Positions 61,207 through 64,000 of a stretch of DNA of 64,000 bases are shown here, in pieces. The position numbers and the translations under genes are program-made. The DNA is from an uncultured virus (IMG/VR IMGVR_UViG_3300027747_004323). Lineage: Duplodnaviria > Heunggongvirae > Uroviricota > Caudoviricetes. The stretch lies in the IMG/VR virus record IMGVR_UViG_3300027747_004323; one strand, written 5' to 3'. The stretch's first letter is position 1. Every line of letters begins with the position of its first letter. The notes below the pieces were generated by a model that saw nothing but the letters and a program-made list of their open reading frames with translations, searched no databases and was not told the origin of the DNA.

Positions 61207-64000
61207 GAGTATTCCACCTTCGAGTCCTTCTCCGACTTCGTGATCTCCAGGATGTGGTCTGCAGAGTCCTTGATGCCGTCGACGTGCGTGATGACGATGA
61301 TCGTCTTGAAATACCTCTTGAGAGAAGTGAGGAGGCGACTGCAAGACTCGACGCCGGCGTTGTCCAATGTGCCGAAGCCCTCGTCGATGATGAAGAAGTC
61401 AGGCTTCGGTAGAGAAGAAACGTTCACCATTGCCACACGCAATGCGATGGCGGCGACGGTCTTCTCCATGCCGCTGCACAGCTCTATGATCCTTCGAGAG
61501 TCACCGTAGTTGATGTAGATCTCCAGAGTGTCGGTGTCCTCGTCGCTCTCAAGCTCGATCGTGAAGTCGACGATTCCCTGGAGTATCTTTGAGACCTCCG
61601 CGTTGATCAGAGGGAGTTGCGACTTCGTGACGAGGAGCGGTATTCCCTTCTTGGAGAATGCGTTCGCCACCAACTCATGGATCCTGACGTCCTGTAGGAG
61701 GTCGTCCCTCGTCTGCTTCTCTTGCGTCAGCTTCTCCATGTTCGAGAGCAGCTTTCCGTGCTGCGAAGCTGCGTCCATCTTGTCCGCATCCATTCGCCTG
61801 ATTAGGTCAGACAAATCTTGAATTTTGGACCGTATGGAAACCACTTCCTCATTCTCCTCATTATTCACGGCCTCCTCGAGGTGTCTCAGCTTCTTCTTGG
61901 CGTCTTCGAGAGACGACCTGCAGGAGTCGCAGGAAGACTTGAGCCTCTCGATCTCCGTCTCCTTGCGCGAGATCTCGAGGGACATCTTCGCCGCGAGGGC
62001 GACTGCCTTGTCGTGCTTCGAGATCTTCTCCTGAAGGGACGTGTCGTGCATCGCCTCCAGCGCCGCCTTGGCGTCATCGAGGACCTTGAGCGCGTTTGCA
62101 GTCTTCTTCTCTTGGGTCGGAAGCGACTTCTTGTTTGAGTGTGCGTCTTTGATGAACTTGCACGTGGGGTAATCGTCGCCGCAAGGTACCTCGTCGAGGA
62201 TCTTCAGCGACTTCTTTTGCTGAGTGACGAGGGCTGCCTCTTTCTCGTGGGCATGACGAAGCTCAGTGATGGAAGTCTCTAGGGACCGCTGTGCATCGAT
62301 CTTCTTCTTCAGGACTTCGATGTCGATTTCATCGATGACTTTCTGCAGGGTGTCGACCTTCGTCTGCAGGCCCGTCACCTCCTCCTGCAATTCCAGTATG
62401 TTCTCGATGCAAGTGTCGGATTTCTTCTGCAGGTCTTCCACACGACGCTTCTGCGCATCGACGTCCGACTGTGTCACAGGACTTGCGTTGTGCCTGGAGA
62501 GCTCCTGTCTCAGGAGACTAAGAGAAGTCTGGTTCTCGCTGATCGATTCAGAGAGCGTCTTCATCGTCTCCTTGTGGTGACTGATCAGTGATTCGTTCTG
62601 GGTCCTCAGTTCTTCCCAGTTCCTGTCGGGGAAGTTCTTGAGCTGCGACTTCACTGCGGTCACCTCCTTCGAGGCGATGTCGTGGAGCTTATCGAAGACG
62701 TCGAGGTCGAGGAATCTCGACAGGATGGACCGACGCTTCGTGGATCCCTGCGAGATGAAGTGGTTCGTCTCTCCCTGGGCGGAAAGGGACGTCATGAGGA
62801 AGTCGTCTGATAGACCCAACAGGGTCTTCAGCGTCTTCTCGGTGTCGGTCCTCTGTTCTCCGCAGAGGTCATCCATCTCGCCGTCGTCTCGCATCTTGAA
62901 GAAATTGAGTGCCGTAGAGGCAGAAACTACGCCCTTCTTGTTCGTGCTCTTGGTGGTCTGACGCTCCAGGACGTACGTCGAAGAGTTGTGGTCAAACACC
63001 ACGCGAGAAGAGCAGTACGGCTTCCTGACGTTGCAGACGTTGATGTTCTTCATGGGACCTCGATCGGTCGTGTTGAAGAGGGAATACATGATCGTGCCCA
63101 CGATGGAAGACTTGCCCGTCCTGTTGGGTCCAAAGATTCCTACGATTCCTCCGAGTTTCTCGAAGTCGATGACGTTGCCCTCTCCGTACGAGAAGAGGTT
63201 GTCCCACTGGATGTGTCTCAACGACCACTTGGAATTACGGGCTACGTCCTCTGCGGACGAGACGGAAGATAGGTACTTCTTTACGTTGTCGCCGATCAGT
63301 TCGAAGTCTTCAAGAGAGATGTCGACGTCCTTGTAGTAGTCCTTGAGGAGCCTGACCATCACGTCAGGCGACCGCAGATCCGTCTTCACGAGCGTCGAAG
63401 CACCCGCCTTCACGACCTGTTTGTCGATCTGGTGCTCTGACTTGTATGTGACTTCCGAGGCGGAAAGAGACGTCCTCAGCGTCTCACTGAGGACGTGGAC
63501 GTCGTCCTGCGTGAGCTGTACCTGAGACCTGATTCGGATCCTGCTGCCCTTGGGGCACTTTTTGGCAGCTGCCAGCGTCTTCTCGAGGTTTCCTTCCCAG
63601 TCGATCGTGAGAAAAGGTTTCGTGTTGGGCAGCTTCCTCGTTTCCACCGTCCAGTCTCCTGATTCGAGGATGCTCCAGAGCAGGTAACCATGATCCAGTT
63701 GCTCGGCGTAATTCTGCTGAATGGGAGTGCCTGGGTAGGCGATCCATGGTTTCCCGTCCCTGTAAGCCAAGGACTGTGGCTTGTGGATGTCTCCCAAGAA
63801 GCAGAAGTCGTAGTCCTTGAAGAAGTCTGAGGTCATTCCTTCGTCGATGTCCCATCCCGTCTCCGTGACCGAGCCTCTCACGGGTCCGTGGAACGTGGCG
63901 ATGTTGATGTCGCCTGGGACGGGGGCGACATCCTTCCAGCCCTCCTCGTCGAAGCAGGAGAAGACACACCAGTTGTAACCCTTTGCGAAGGGATACACTC
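61203..64000 (-). CDS. Fused Mre11/SbcD-Rad50/SbcC recombination nuclease (gp47-gp46-like), 5' end outside window
   Basis: FHGPV, LGDIHK, YPGTPIQQNYAE (phosphoesterase), then GPNRTGKS, coiled coil, CSGME, FIIDEGFGTLD, ITH in one frame. Confidence 0.9.
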   Translation of the reverse strand, partial: VYPFAKGYNWCVFSCFDEEGWKDVAPVPGDINIATFHGPVRGSVTETGWDIDEGMTSDFFKDYDFCFLGDIHKPQSLAYRDGKPWIAYPGTPIQQNYAEQLDHGYLLWSILESGDWTVETRKLPNTKPFLTIDWEGNLEKTLAAAKKCPKGSRIRIRSQVQLTQDDVHVLSETLRTSLSASEVTYKSEHQIDKQVVKAGASTLVKTDLRSPDVMVRLLKDYYKDVDISLEDFELIGDNVKKYLSSVSSAEDVARNSKWSLRHIQWDNLFSYGEGNVIDFEKLGGIVGIFGPNRTGKSSIVGTIMYSLFNTTDRGPMKNINVCNVRKPYCSSRVVFDHNSSTYVLERQTTKSTNKKGVVSASTALNFFKMRDDGEMDDLCGEQRTDTEKTLKTLLGLSDDFLMTSLSAQGETNHFISQGSTKRRSILSRFLDLDVFDKLHDIASKEVTAVKSQLKNFPDRNWEELRTQNESLISHHKETMKTLSESISENQTSLSLLRQELSRHNASPVTQSDVDAQKRRVEDLQKKSDTCIENILELQEEVTGLQTKVDTLQKVIDEIDIEVLKKKIDAQRSLETSITELRHAHEKEAALVTQQKKSLKILDEVPCGDDYPTCKFIKDAHSNKKSLPTQEKKTANALKVLDDAKAALEAMHDTSLQEKISKHDKAVALAAKMSLEISRKETEIERLKSSCDSCRSSLEDAKKKLRHLEEAVNNEENEEVVSIRSKIQDLSDLIRRMDADKMDAASQHGKLLSNMEKLTQEKQTRDDLLQDVRIHELVANAFSKKGIPLLVTKSQLPLINAEVSKILQGIVDFTIELESDEDTDTLEIYINYGDSRRIIELCSGMEKTVAAIALRVAMVNVSSLPKPDFFIIDEGFGTLDNAGVESCSRLLTSLKRYFKTIIVITHVDGIKDSADHILEITKSEKDSKVEYS

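Noticed and set aside
1..64000. Alternative genetic code (stop-codon reassignment)
   Set aside because: Core genes are full length in the standard code, TAA, TAG and TGA all end genes, and no suppressor tRNA was seen.

Overview
A 64-kb internal fragment of a large, fairly GC-rich T4-like (contractile-tailed) bacteriophage genome. Every credible gene is on the minus strand and uses the standard code. In transcription order (right to left): a fused Mre11-Rad50 (gp47-gp46) nuclease cut by the window edge; terminase; portal with a 376-aa HNH intein; prohead protease, scaffold and major capsid; an accessory island of small genes; a tmRNA plus three tRNAs; neck and tail-terminator genes; two tandem sheath paralogues; tube; a tail chaperone with a candidate +1 frameshift; tape measure; baseplate; and a replication block (minimal PolA, HD hydrolase, gp32 SSB, free-standing endonuclease, RecA, dUTPase, small membrane protein plus actin-like ATPase, 5'-3' exonuclease, helicase, class II RNR cut by the edge). 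The most striking unexplained pattern is a set of about 13 otherwise unrelated ORFs sharing an N-terminal MK(I/L)T..(Q)LR.II.EE...LxE leader. Most sit behind a conserved ATAnTTA promoter-like motif, often only 5-6 nt from the start codon. I infer a capsid-targeting, cargo-delivery cassette system. All product calls come from motif recognition by eye; no database searches were run.
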